Source of the DNA: Acidobacteriota bacterium
GTDB taxonomy: Bacteria; Acidobacteriota; Vicinamibacteria; Vicinamibacterales; UBA2999
Assembly (NCBI GenBank): GCA_016213695.1
Contig: JACQZV010000098.1
Span: 1 to 63,510 of the forward strand
Reading direction: 5' to 3'
Length of the DNA: 63,510 bases
Shown piece by piece: positions 52,533-63,510 of the stretch (within the stretch, counting starts at the first letter, position 1; every line of letters begins with the position of its first letter). Position numbers and translations under genes: made by a program. Under the pieces are notes generated by a model that was not told the DNA's origin, searched no databases, and worked only from the letters and a program-made list of their open reading frames with translations.

Positions 52533-54016
52533 TGCCGCTGTTTGCCAGAAAACCCATCGACGAGCTGCAGCCGCCCGGTGACGAGGCGCGCTCGCTGAAG
52601 CGGGTGCTGGGTGCTGGCGATCTCGTCATGCTGGCGATCGGCGCGGTTATCGGCGCCGGCATCTTCGGCGCCATCGGCACCGCGGCGGCCGGCCAGATCG
52701 GTCCCGGGGGCGAGGTGATTCGTTACGGCGCGGGCCCGGCGCTCGTCTTTTCGTTTCTTCTCCTGGGCGGCGCGTGCGCGCTGGCGGCGCTCTGCTACGC
52801 CGAGCTGGCCGCGATGATCCCGCAGGCGGGCAGCGCCTACGCCTACGCGTATGCCACGCTTGGCGAACTGGTCGCCTGGGTCATCGGGTGGGACCTCATC
52901 CTCGAGTACGCCGTCGGCAACGTGGCGGTGGCGATCTCGTGGGGGGACTACTTCACGACGCTGCTGCGCGGGGTCGGCGTGCATCTGCCGGCCTGGCTGA
53001 CCACCGGCTATCGCACAGCGGTGCTGAGCTCCAGCGCGGACGTCCGCGCGCTGGTGGACACGGCGCCGCACGTGGCCGGCCTGCCGCTGCTCGTCAACCT
53101 GCCGGCGTTCGCCATCGTGATGCTGATCACCTGGCTGCTGCTGCGGGGGGCACGCGCGAGCGCCACCGCCAACAACGCCATGGTGGTGATCAAGCTGCTG
53201 GTGCTGGGGCTGTTCATGGCCGTCGGCGTGCTGAACATCCACCCGGCCAACTACACGCCGTTTGCGCCGAATGGATTCACCGGCATCCATCAGGGCGCGG
53301 CGATTGTCTTTTTCGCGTACATCGGGTTCGACGCCGTGTCCACGGCGGCCGAGGAGACGCGCGACCCGCAGCGCAACCTGCCGATCGGCATTCTCGGCGG
53401 CCTCGGCATCTGCACGGTCATCTACGTGATCGTCGGCGCGGTGCTCACGGGCATGGTGCCGTACGGACAGCTGGGGGTGGCCGATCCGCTCGCGCGCGCC
53501 CTCGAGCTGGCCGGCTACTCGGGCGTCGGCTGGATCGTGGCGCTCGGCGCCGTCGTGTCGATGTCGGCCGTGCTGCTCGTCTTCCAGTACGGGCAGCCGC
53601 GCATCTTCTTCGCCATGGCGCGCGACGGGCTGCTGCCCGCGTGGGCCGCCCGGGTGGATCGGCGCACGCGCGTTCCCTCCACGACGACGCTCCTGACCGG
53701 CGTGGTTGTGGCGATTGCGTCGCTCGTCGGCGACGCGGCCGAAACGTACGACCTGACCAACATCGGCACGCTGTTCGCCTTTGCGCTCGTGTGCGTCGGG
53801 GTGCTCGCCCTGCGCGTGACCGAGCCCGATCGGCCCCGGCCGTTCCGCGTGCCTGGTGTCTGGATCGTGGCGCCGCTCGGCGCCGCCGCGTGCCTGTTCG
53901 TCATGGCCGGCCTGCCGCGTCAGGCATGGGACCGGTTCGCCATCTGGCTCGTCATCGGTGCCGTCATCTACGTCTTTTACGGCTATCGCCACAGTCGATT
54001 GCGCCCCCGCCCGTAG
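52532..54016 (+). CDS. APC-family amino acid permease
   Basis: [57 protein letters not shown]. Confidence 0.92.
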   Translation: MPLFARKPIDELQPPGDEARSLKRVLGAGDLVMLAIGAVIGAGIFGAIGTAAAGQIGPGGEVIRYGAGPALVFSFLLLGGACALAALCYAELAAMIPQAGSAYAYAYATLGELVAWVIGWDLILEYAVGNVAVAISWGDYFTTLLRGVGVHLPAWLTTGYRTAVLSSSADVRALVDTAPHVAGLPLLVNLPAFAIVMLITWLLLRGARASATANNAMVVIKLLVLGLFMAVGVLNIHPANYTPFAPNGFTGIHQGAAIVFFAYIGFDAVSTAAEETRDPQRNLPIGILGGLGICTVIYVIVGAVLTGMVPYGQLGVADPLARALELAGYSGVGWIVALGAVVSMSAVLLVFQYGQPRIFFAMARDGLLPAWAARVDRRTRVPSTTTLLTGVVVAIASLVGDAAETYDLTNIGTLFAFALVCVGVLALRVTEPDRPRPFRVPGVWIVAPLGAAACLFVMAGLPRQAWDRFAIWLVIGAVIYVFYGYRHSRLRPRP

Positions 54017-54093
54017 CGCACACGCTTCGGCGTGCGCGCCGGCATCGGGTAGAATGGGGGTTTCAGACACCCACGGAATTCCTGGCAGTACGT

Positions 54094-57015
<2,922 letters not shown>

Positions 57016-57035
57016 ACCTTGAGGTCCGGCCTCTA

Positions 57036-57053
57036 TGTGGTAAATTTGCCACA
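57036..57053. promoter_or_regulatory. 18-bp palindrome, candidate activator site upstream of lpxC
   Basis: TGTGG-T-AAATTT-G-CCACA, ~130 bp upstream of the -24 box. Confidence 0.45.
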
Positions 57054-57180
57054 ACATTCGACGAAAGTGCTGTAGCGCGGATGCAACAGACGAGATGGCG
57101 GATCTGATGGCTCGGCCTCGTACACGCTGCAACAGTTTCACTGGAAAGCAGTTACATGGTTCGACGGCGATTGCACAGCT

Positions 57181-57196
57181 CGGCACTATGCTTGCT
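57181..57196 (+). promoter_or_regulatory. Sigma54 -24/-12 promoter upstream of lpxC
   Basis: CGGCAC-TATGC-TTGCT (GG-N10-GC with TTGC). Confidence 0.65.
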
Positions 57197-57233
57197 TCAT
57201 ACTGACGGACCAGACTAACCACCAGGGAGCCTG

Positions 57234-58145
57234 ATGCACGCACAACGGACGCTTCGCCGATCGATCACGTGTGCAGGGATCGGCCTTCATTCAGGCAACA
57301 AAGTCACCCTTTCTCTCAAGCCGGCTGCCGCTGATGCGGGCATTCGATTCCGCCGCTCCGATCTCGGCGACGTGGAGGTGCCCGCCGCGGTCAGCCACGT
57401 CGGCGGCATCAATCACGCCACCGGCCTGACTCGCGACACGGTCCGCGTCGACACGGTCGAGCACCTGCTGGCCGCGTTTGTCAGCCTCGGCGTCGACAAC
57501 GCGATTGTCGAATTGAACTCGCCGGAAGTGCCGATCATGGACGGGAGCGCGGCGCCGTTCGTCTATCTGATCCAGGAGGCGGGGCTGAAGACGCTGTCGG
57601 CGGCGCGCCGCTATCTGAAGGTGCTCCGGCCGATCTCGCTCGCGCGCGGCGACAAGCGCATCGCGCTCTACCCGTCGGATCACTTCAAGATTACCTACAG
57701 CATCGCGTTCGATCATCCGCTGCTGCGGCACCAGTCACGGACGATCCGCCTGACGTCGGAATCCTTCATCGAGGAGATCGCGCCGGCGCGCACGTTCGGC
57801 TTCCTCGAGGAGGTCGAGATGATGCGGCAGCAGGGGCTGGCGCTCGGCGGCTCGCTCGAGAACGCGGTGGTCATCGGCGATACCGGCGTGCTCAACAACG
57901 CGCTGCGGTTCGATGACGAGTTCGTGCGGCACAAGATTCTCGACGTGATTGGCGACATGGCGCTCGTCGGCCATCCGATCATCGGCCATCTCGTCGCGCA
58001 CCGCGGCGGCCACGCGCTCCACACCGACTTCGCGGCGCGCGTGCTGGAGGATACCGACGCCTGGACGCTGGTCGAGGCGCCGGTACAGCCCGCCGACGCG
58101 GCCCCGGCGCTGCCGGCCAGGCGCGTCGCGCGGACCGCGAATTAG
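57234..58145 (+). CDS. lpxC: UDP-3-O-acyl-N-acetylglucosamine deacetylase
   Basis: GIGLHSG, TVEHLLAA, PIMDGSA, IAPARTFGF, RHKILDVIGD. Confidence 0.96.
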   Translation: MHAQRTLRRSITCAGIGLHSGNKVTLSLKPAAADAGIRFRRSDLGDVEVPAAVSHVGGINHATGLTRDTVRVDTVEHLLAAFVSLGVDNAIVELNSPEVPIMDGSAAPFVYLIQEAGLKTLSAARRYLKVLRPISLARGDKRIALYPSDHFKITYSIAFDHPLLRHQSRTIRLTSESFIEEIAPARTFGFLEEVEMMRQQGLALGGSLENAVVIGDTGVLNNALRFDDEFVRHKILDVIGDMALVGHPIIGHLVAHRGGHALHTDFAARVLEDTDAWTLVEAPVQPADAAPALPARRVARTAN

Positions 58146-58148
58146 CGG

Positions 58149-58493
58149 CTATTTCTCGTCAAAGCTCCGGATCGCCGACGGTTCGTCGGCGTGCACGTCG
58201 AGCACCTCCTCCGCTCCCGTCATCGTCAGCATCGACTCGACCCGCTTCTGCACGCCCGCGAGCTTGAGCACGCCGCCCGCGGCGGCGGCCTGCCTGGAGA
58301 GATCCATGAGGCAGCCGATCGTGGCGCTGTCGACGTAGGTCACGCTGGAGAGGTCGAGCAGCACGCGCCGCTCGCCGGCGCCGATCAGCGTCGAGACGGT
58401 GCCGGCGAATTCCTGGAGCAGGGGGTAGAGGAGCCGCGTCTCGTTGACGCGAATGATGGAGACGCCCTGGGAGTGATCGGTCGTCAGATTCAT
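58149..58493 (-). CDS. STAS-domain anti-sigma factor antagonist
   Basis: LLDLSSVTYVDSATIGCL; start MNLTT at 58493. Confidence 0.85.
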   Translation of the reverse strand: MNLTTDHSQGVSIIRVNETRLLYPLLQEFAGTVSTLIGAGERRVLLDLSSVTYVDSATIGCLMDLSRQAAAAGGVLKLAGVQKRVESMLTMTGAEEVLDVHADEPSAIRSFDEK

Positions 58494-58564
58494 GCCCGCA
58501 TGATCGGCATCGCGGGCGTGACGCGCGCGCATGCGCGACGAGCCATCGATGCGCGCATGATAAC

Positions 58565-59821
58565 ATGCGGACGCTCGTGAACCAATCGTTTACGCACACC
58601 GACAGCGGGCTCGTGTGCGACGGCGTGAGTATCGAATCGATCGTCGGTCGCGTCGATACGCCCGTGTACATCTACAGCGCGCGCGCGATCCGCGACGCGT
58701 ACCGCGCCATCGACGCGGCGTTTGTCTCCCATCCCCACGCGATCCATTACGCGCTGAAGGCGAATTCGACGCTCGCGATCGTGCGGCTGCTGCGGTCGCT
58801 CGGCAGCAGGGTGGATGCCAATTCGGGCGGGGAGATCGACGTGGCGCTGCGCGCCGGGCACGCGCCCGCCGAGATCGTCTTCACCGGCGTCGGCAAGACG
58901 CGCGCCGAGCTCGAGCGCGCCATCGCGCTGGGCGTCGGGGCCATCAACGCGGAGTCGGCCGGCGAGCTCGACCGCATTGCGGCGCTGGCGTCGGCGCAGG
59001 GGCGCGAGGCACGCGTCGCGCTGCGGGTCAACCCGGACATCGACGCGGGCAGCCATCCCAACATCTCGACCGGGCTCCGGATCAACAAGTTCGGCGTGCC
59101 GCTCCAGGACGCGCGCGCCATCTACCGCGCGCGGCGCGGCCGGCCGGGCCTGCGCGCGGTCGGCGTCCACGTGCACATCGGATCGCAGATCACGACTGTC
59201 GATCCGCTGCGCCGGGCGGCGCGCATCGTCGCCACCCTCGCGCTGGAGCTGCGCGACGACGGCATCGCGCTGGAGCATGTGGACGTCGGTGGCGGTCTCG
59301 GCATCGCCTATGACGGACAGCCGATCATCGGTCCCGCGGAGTATGCCGGCGCCGTCATTCCCGAAATTCAGCGGGCCGGCGTGCCGCTGCTGCTCGAGCC
59401 GGGCCGGGCGGTGGTCGGTCGCGCCGGGGCGCTGGTGGCGCGCGTGGTGGATACCAAGCAGTATCCCGACGGCCGGCGGTTCGCGGTGCTTGACGCGGGC
59501 ATGGGGGAGCTGCTCCGGCCCGCGCTCTACGGCTCGTATCACGAGATTGTCCCCATCCGGCCCCGCTTGCTGCCGGCCTCCGCGTGGGACGTCGTCGGTC
59601 CCATCTGCGAGAGCAGCGACGTATTCGCGCGGGAGCGTCTGCTGCCGCCGCTCGAGGTCGACGATCTCGTGGCCATTCTGGACGCCGGGGCCTACGGCGC
59701 GGTGATGGCGTCCAACTACAACCGGCACCTCCTGCCGCCCGAGGTCCTCGTCGAGGACGGGCGGTTTACGGTCATCCGCCGCCGCCAGACGATGGACGAC
59801 GTGCTCGCGCTCGAGTCGTGA
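58565..59821 (+). CDS. lysA: Diaminopimelate decarboxylase
   Basis: YALKAN, DANSGGE, RVNPD, KFG, HIGSQ, DVGGG, EPGR, VGPICESSD, GAYGAVMASNYN. Confidence 0.95.
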   Translation: MRTLVNQSFTHTDSGLVCDGVSIESIVGRVDTPVYIYSARAIRDAYRAIDAAFVSHPHAIHYALKANSTLAIVRLLRSLGSRVDANSGGEIDVALRAGHAPAEIVFTGVGKTRAELERAIALGVGAINAESAGELDRIAALASAQGREARVALRVNPDIDAGSHPNISTGLRINKFGVPLQDARAIYRARRGRPGLRAVGVHVHIGSQITTVDPLRRAARIVATLALELRDDGIALEHVDVGGGLGIAYDGQPIIGPAEYAGAVIPEIQRAGVPLLLEPGRAVVGRAGALVARVVDTKQYPDGRRFAVLDAGMGELLRPALYGSYHEIVPIRPRLLPASAWDVVGPICESSDVFARERLLPPLEVDDLVAILDAGAYGAVMASNYNRHLLPPEVLVEDGRFTVIRRRQTMDDVLALES

Positions 59822-60402
59822 AGGGCCTGCTCATCGCCTTCGAGGGGCTCGACCAGAGCGGCAAGCAGACGCAGGCCGAGCTGCTGCGCGACCGGCTCGC
59901 CGGCGCCGGCCGGGCGGTGCGGCTGCTGTCGTTTCCCGACTACGACACGGCCATTGGCGCTGAGATCCGGCGCGCGCTGGCCGGCGAGCGGCACTACGGC
60001 GCCGACGTGATGCAGCTTCTCTATATCGCCAACCGGTACGAGTGGAAGCCGCAGATGCTCCAGGCGCGCGACGCCGGCACGATTCTCGTCTGCGATCGGT
60101 ATCTGGCGTCGAGCGTCGCCTACGGCGAGGCGCAGGGCCTCGACGCTGCGTGGCTGTTGCGCGTGCAGCAACATCTCCCACAGCCGGACCTCACCATCCT
60201 GCTCGACATCCCGCCCGACGCCTCGGCGCGCCGCAAGCAGAGCGGCCGCGACAAGTACGAGCGGGACCTGGAACTCCTCGCGCGCGTCCGCGACAGCTAC
60301 CTGCGTCAGGCCGCAGGCGGGTGGGTGCGGATCGACGCGGACCGGGACCGCGACCTCGTGGCCGCCGACGTCTATGCGGCGGTTGCCGCGATCTGGCTAT
60401 AG
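59818..60402 (+). CDS. tmk: Thymidylate kinase
   Basis: AFEGLDQSGKQTQ, DRYLASSVAYG, PQPDLTILLD; GTGA overlap with lysA. Confidence 0.92.
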   Translation: MKGLLIAFEGLDQSGKQTQAELLRDRLAGAGRAVRLLSFPDYDTAIGAEIRRALAGERHYGADVMQLLYIANRYEWKPQMLQARDAGTILVCDRYLASSVAYGEAQGLDAAWLLRVQQHLPQPDLTILLDIPPDASARRKQSGRDKYERDLELLARVRDSYLRQAAGGWVRIDADRDRDLVAADVYAAVAAIWL

Positions 60403-61152
60403 CGTCTTCGTGCGTCTCGTAGCCGGCGGGGCCGCGCGTGCCACGGTCAGCGCCCTGACTTCCCGCGCGCCGGCGCCGATGAGCGTCGAGGCGCACGCGT
60501 CGAGCGTCGCACCGGTCGTCCGCACGTCATCCACCAGCACGACGACTGCGTCCACGAGGCGGCGGTCGCGTTGTCCCCAGCGGAGCAGTGGCGAGATCCG
60601 GAACGCGCCGGTGACGTTCCGCCGCCGGGCCGCGGCGTGCAGGCCGGCCTGCGGCGCCGTGGCGCGGACGCGCCACAGCGCATGCGCGACCGGCAGTCCC
60701 AGGTGACGGGCCAGCTCGCCGGCCTGGTTGAACCCACGGTGCATCCGCCGCCACGCATGGAGCGGTACGGGCACGACGCAGTCGGCGTCCCGCAGCAGGT
60801 CGGCGCCGGCCTCCCGCAGCATCGCGCCCAGCGGATCGGCGAGGCCGCGCCGGCCGGCGTACTTGAACGCGTGCAGAATGTCGCGCAGGCTGCCGTCATA
60901 TTCGCCGGCGGCCCGCGCGGCGCTCACCGCGGCAAACGGCGGATGACGCCGGCAGCGCGGGCACCGCGCGAGCGCCACGCTCGCCACCCGCCACGAGGGC
61001 AGCGGGTCGCCGCAAGTCCGGCAGAAGGGCGCCGCGACGCGCTGCACCCGCTCCCAGCACAGGGGGCAGACGGGGCCGTCGAGCGGGGTGTCCAGTGTGG
61101 CGTCGCACGCCGCGCAGCTCGGCGCGAGCGTGACGGCCAGCAGCGCGTTCAG
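60397..61152 (-). CDS. comF: ComF-family protein (double zinc ribbon + phosphoribosyltransferase)
   Basis: CAAC..CPLC..CRTC..CPRC, FKYAG, VPVPLH, RGFNQA, VLVDDVRTTGAT; start probably CTG overlapping the rsfS stop. Confidence 0.85.
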   Translation of the reverse strand: MNALLAVTLAPSCAACDATLDTPLDGPVCPLCWERVQRVAAPFCRTCGDPLPSWRVASVALARCPRCRRHPPFAAVSAARAAGEYDGSLRDILHAFKYAGRRGLADPLGAMLREAGADLLRDADCVVPVPLHAWRRMHRGFNQAGELARHLGLPVAHALWRVRATAPQAGLHAAARRRNVTGAFRISPLLRWGQRDRRLVDAVVVLVDDVRTTGATLDACASTLIGAGAREVRALTVARAAPPATRRTKTL

Positions 61153-61571
61153 GCTGGTTCGGTAAGTTCGCGCCGCTCGGCGTTGCCCCAGAGCCGCTCC
61201 AGGCCGTAGAACGCCCGGCACTCGCGGCTGAAGACGTGCACCACGAAGTCGAAGTAGTCGAGCAGGATCCATTCCGACTTCTCGATTCCCTCCGCCAGCG
61301 CCGGACGCTCGCCGAACTCCTTCTTGAGCGCCTCCCGCACCGCGTCGGCGATCGCCTGAATCTGCCGCGCGTTCGCGCCGGTGCAGATGAGGAAGTAGTC
61401 GGTGAAGCCGCTGGCCTTGCGCAAGTCGAGCACGACGACCTCGACCGCCTTCTTGTCCTGCGCCGCGCTGATGGCCGCAGCCACCCGCGCGGGCAGCCGG
61501 GCTCCCCTGGTCCCGACGCGTTTGCTCGCGCCGGCAGTCTTACGCGCCGGAGTTGTCCTGGATGCTGGCAT
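61149..61571 (-). CDS. rsfS: Ribosome silencing factor
   Basis: AAQDKKA, TDYFLICTG, WILLDYFDFVVHVF, FYGLERLW. Confidence 0.93.
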   Translation of the reverse strand: MPASRTTPARKTAGASKRVGTRGARLPARVAAAISAAQDKKAVEVVVLDLRKASGFTDYFLICTGANARQIQAIADAVREALKKEFGERPALAEGIEKSEWILLDYFDFVVHVFSRECRAFYGLERLWGNAERRELTEPA

Positions 61572-62271
61572 GCAAGTCGGTGTCCACGTGATACAGGCGG
61601 TGAACGGCGATGTGGTCGGCAACCGCGGGAGGGACGAGGCCGGCAATCGCCTGCCCTGCCGCAAGCCGCTCCCGGACCGCGGTCGATGAGACGTCGCGAG
61701 TGTGGGCTTCCACGAGAAAAATGCCCGTCGGACCGCCTTCGTCGAGGGGACCGCCGGTCGCGCGCGTGCGGCCGCCAAGCGCCGGCGTCCGCGCGAGCGC
61801 CCGTTCGATCGACGCGCCCGGACGGGCGACCACGACGAAGTGGGCGAGGTCGAGCACGGCCGGAAACGCGTGCCAGGTGGCAATTTCTGCAAACGCGTCG
61901 GTGCCCAGGATGAAGAACATCTGCCACGGGCGCCATCCCTCGCCGTGCAGCGTCCGCAGGGTGTCCGCGGTGTAGGAGTTCCCGGTGCGCCGCAACTCGA
62001 GGTCCGACGCCCGGTAGCCCTGCCAGCCGGTGAGGGCCAGCGCCACCATCGCGAAGCGGTGAAACGCGCTGGCGCGAGGCTCGATGGGACGATGCGGCGG
62101 ATCGTGCGCGGGGATGAAGAGCACGTCGGTCAACCCCAGCGCGGCGCGCGCGGCGCCGGCCGCATCGAGGTGGCCGACGTGAATGGGGTCGAACGTTCCG
62201 CCGAGCACGCCGAGACGCCGCGCCCCTCGACTATCGCTCGGGGCGCCCTGAGCCGCGTCGAAGGGCGTCAT
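61540..62271 (-). CDS. nadD: Nicotinate-nucleotide adenylyltransferase
   Basis: GGTFDPIHVGH, PPHR, SYTADTL, FILGTDAF, VSSTAVR. Confidence 0.94.
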   Translation of the reverse strand: MTPFDAAQGAPSDSRGARRLGVLGGTFDPIHVGHLDAAGAARAALGLTDVLFIPAHDPPHRPIEPRASAFHRFAMVALALTGWQGYRASDLELRRTGNSYTADTLRTLHGEGWRPWQMFFILGTDAFAEIATWHAFPAVLDLAHFVVVARPGASIERALARTPALGGRTRATGGPLDEGGPTGIFLVEAHTRDVSSTAVRERLAAGQAIAGLVPPAVADHIAVHRLYHVDTDLHASIQDNSGA

Positions 62272-63326
62272 GCGTGGTGCGGTGCCAGCGCCTCAGGGCT
62301 CTCCGGCGCCGGGGGCGCCGCGTCACGGGCGGCCACGATCCGGCGCCACACCGCCTCGAGCAGTTCGTCAACGCCGTCGCCGGTCACGCCGGACATGTGC
62401 ACGATCGGCAGGCCGCGCCGGCGCACGTGCGCGTCGAGTCGCTCGAGCGCCGACGGGTCGTCGAGCGCGTCGATCTTGTTAGCCGCGACGATCTGCGGCT
62501 TGGCCGCCACCTGCGGATCGAACAGCCGCAGCTCCTCGACAATCACGTCGAAATCGTTCACCGGATCGCGTCCGGACGCGCCCGAGACGTCCACCAGGTG
62601 GACGAGCACCTTGGTGCGTTCGATGTGACGGAGGAACCGGTCGCCGAGCCCCTGGCCGGCGTGCGCACCGGCGATCAGCCCGGGCACGTCGGCCACGACG
62701 AAGCTGCGGTCGCCGCTCATCGTGACGACCCCCAGGTTCGGCGTGAGCGTCGTGAAGGGATAGTCGGCAATCTTGGGACGCGCGGCGGAAATGCGCGCGA
62801 TGAGCGTCGACTTGCCGGCGTTCGGGAAGCCGACCAGTCCCACGTCGGCGAGCAGTTTCAGCTGCAGGCGGAGGAACCGCTCCTCGCCGGCTTCGCCGGG
62901 CTCGCTGCGCCGGGGCGCGCGGTTGGTGGACGAGACGAACCGGGCGTTGCCGCGCCCGCCGTGGCCGCCCTTCGCGATGCGCACGCGCTGTCCTTCGACG
63001 GCGAGGTCCGCGACGAGCTGCAGCCCCTCGCTCTTTTCGTACACGAGCGTCCCGACCGGCACCTCGATGTCGATATCGGCCGAGGTCTGGCCGGTCCGGT
63101 TGGAGCCTTGCCCGTGGTCACCGTGACGCGCCTTGAATATGGGGTGGTACCGGAAATCGACGAGGGTGTTCTTGCTCGATGACGCGACGATGAAGATGGA
63201 ACCGCCGCCGCCGCCGTCGCCGCCGTCGGGCCCGCCGCGCGGCACGAATTTCTCGCGGCGGAAGCTGACGCATCCACGACCGCCGTCGCCGGCCGTCACA
63301 TGGATGTCCACCTCATCGACGAACAT
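62268..63326 (-). CDS. obgE: GTPase ObgE/CgtA
   Basis: MFVDEV, RREKFVPRGGPDGGDGG, VGFPNAGKST, YPFTTL, DVPG, NKID. Confidence 0.97.
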   Translation of the reverse strand: MFVDEVDIHVTAGDGGRGCVSFRREKFVPRGGPDGGDGGGGGSIFIVASSSKNTLVDFRYHPIFKARHGDHGQGSNRTGQTSADIDIEVPVGTLVYEKSEGLQLVADLAVEGQRVRIAKGGHGGRGNARFVSSTNRAPRRSEPGEAGEERFLRLQLKLLADVGLVGFPNAGKSTLIARISAARPKIADYPFTTLTPNLGVVTMSGDRSFVVADVPGLIAGAHAGQGLGDRFLRHIERTKVLVHLVDVSGASGRDPVNDFDVIVEELRLFDPQVAAKPQIVAANKIDALDDPSALERLDAHVRRRGLPIVHMSGVTGDGVDELLEAVWRRIVAARDAAPPAPESPEALAPHHA

Positions 63327-63381
63327 CGAAATCAGTATACGGGGAAGACGAGAAAGTCTTTAGTCTTTCCAAACGGTCTAC

Positions 63382-63410
63382 TTGACGCACGGTAGCTATT
63401 TCGATATAGT
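63382..63410 (+). promoter_or_regulatory. Near-consensus sigma70 promoter, divergent from obg
   Basis: TTGACG (63382-63387), 17-nt spacer, TATAGT (63405-63410). Confidence 0.7.
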
Positions 63411-63510
63411 TGCCTGGTGGTCATCGTTTCTCGCTCTTTGTGGCCTGTTTCCGAGCTTTTTGCCCTTTCGCGTTCAATTCCGCTAACACCCGTTTCAGTT
63501 CCTTTCGGAC

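Noticed and set aside
54017-54093. LexA/SOS box upstream of uvrA
   Set aside because: Only a TAGAAT -10-like element is visible; no recognisable LexA repeat

Overview
High-GC (~70%) bacterial chromosomal window. The gene content (lpxC, Oar-like TonB-dependent receptor, sigma54 activator) suggests a diderm, probably Acidobacteriota/Vicinamibacteria; this is inference. About 50 CDS are supported. They include a C2-acid cluster (glcE/glcD, OFA-type MFS, acs, 2-haloacid dehalogenase), six peptidase families, vapBC, cca, transketolase, an EmrAB-TolC pump, uvrA, lpxC, lysA, tmk and the obg-nadD-rsfS-comF operon. No rRNA, tRNA, CRISPR array, integrase or transposase was found. The most striking locus is 36.4-47.1 kb. 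A sigma54 promoter heads a minus-strand operon: small HTH protein -> secreted S8 subtilase ending in 11 tandem xxxWGD hexapeptides -> a 12th out-of-frame IIVWGD-stop copy (possibly a 9-aa micro-ORF) -> membrane HD-GYP-GAF protein -> TPR-like/sigma54 AAA+ activator. A peptide-type ABC importer is transcribed divergently. The HD-GYP gene and the activator's sensor half form a low-GC block that ends inside the activator gene. The layout suggests a self-amplifying peptide-signalling circuit with an exchangeable specificity cassette (hypothesis). Secondary patterns: leaderless-type -10 boxes 6-7 nt before many start codons, overlapping bidirectional -10 boxes, a sigma54 promoter on lpxC, and short REP-like or heptamer repeats.
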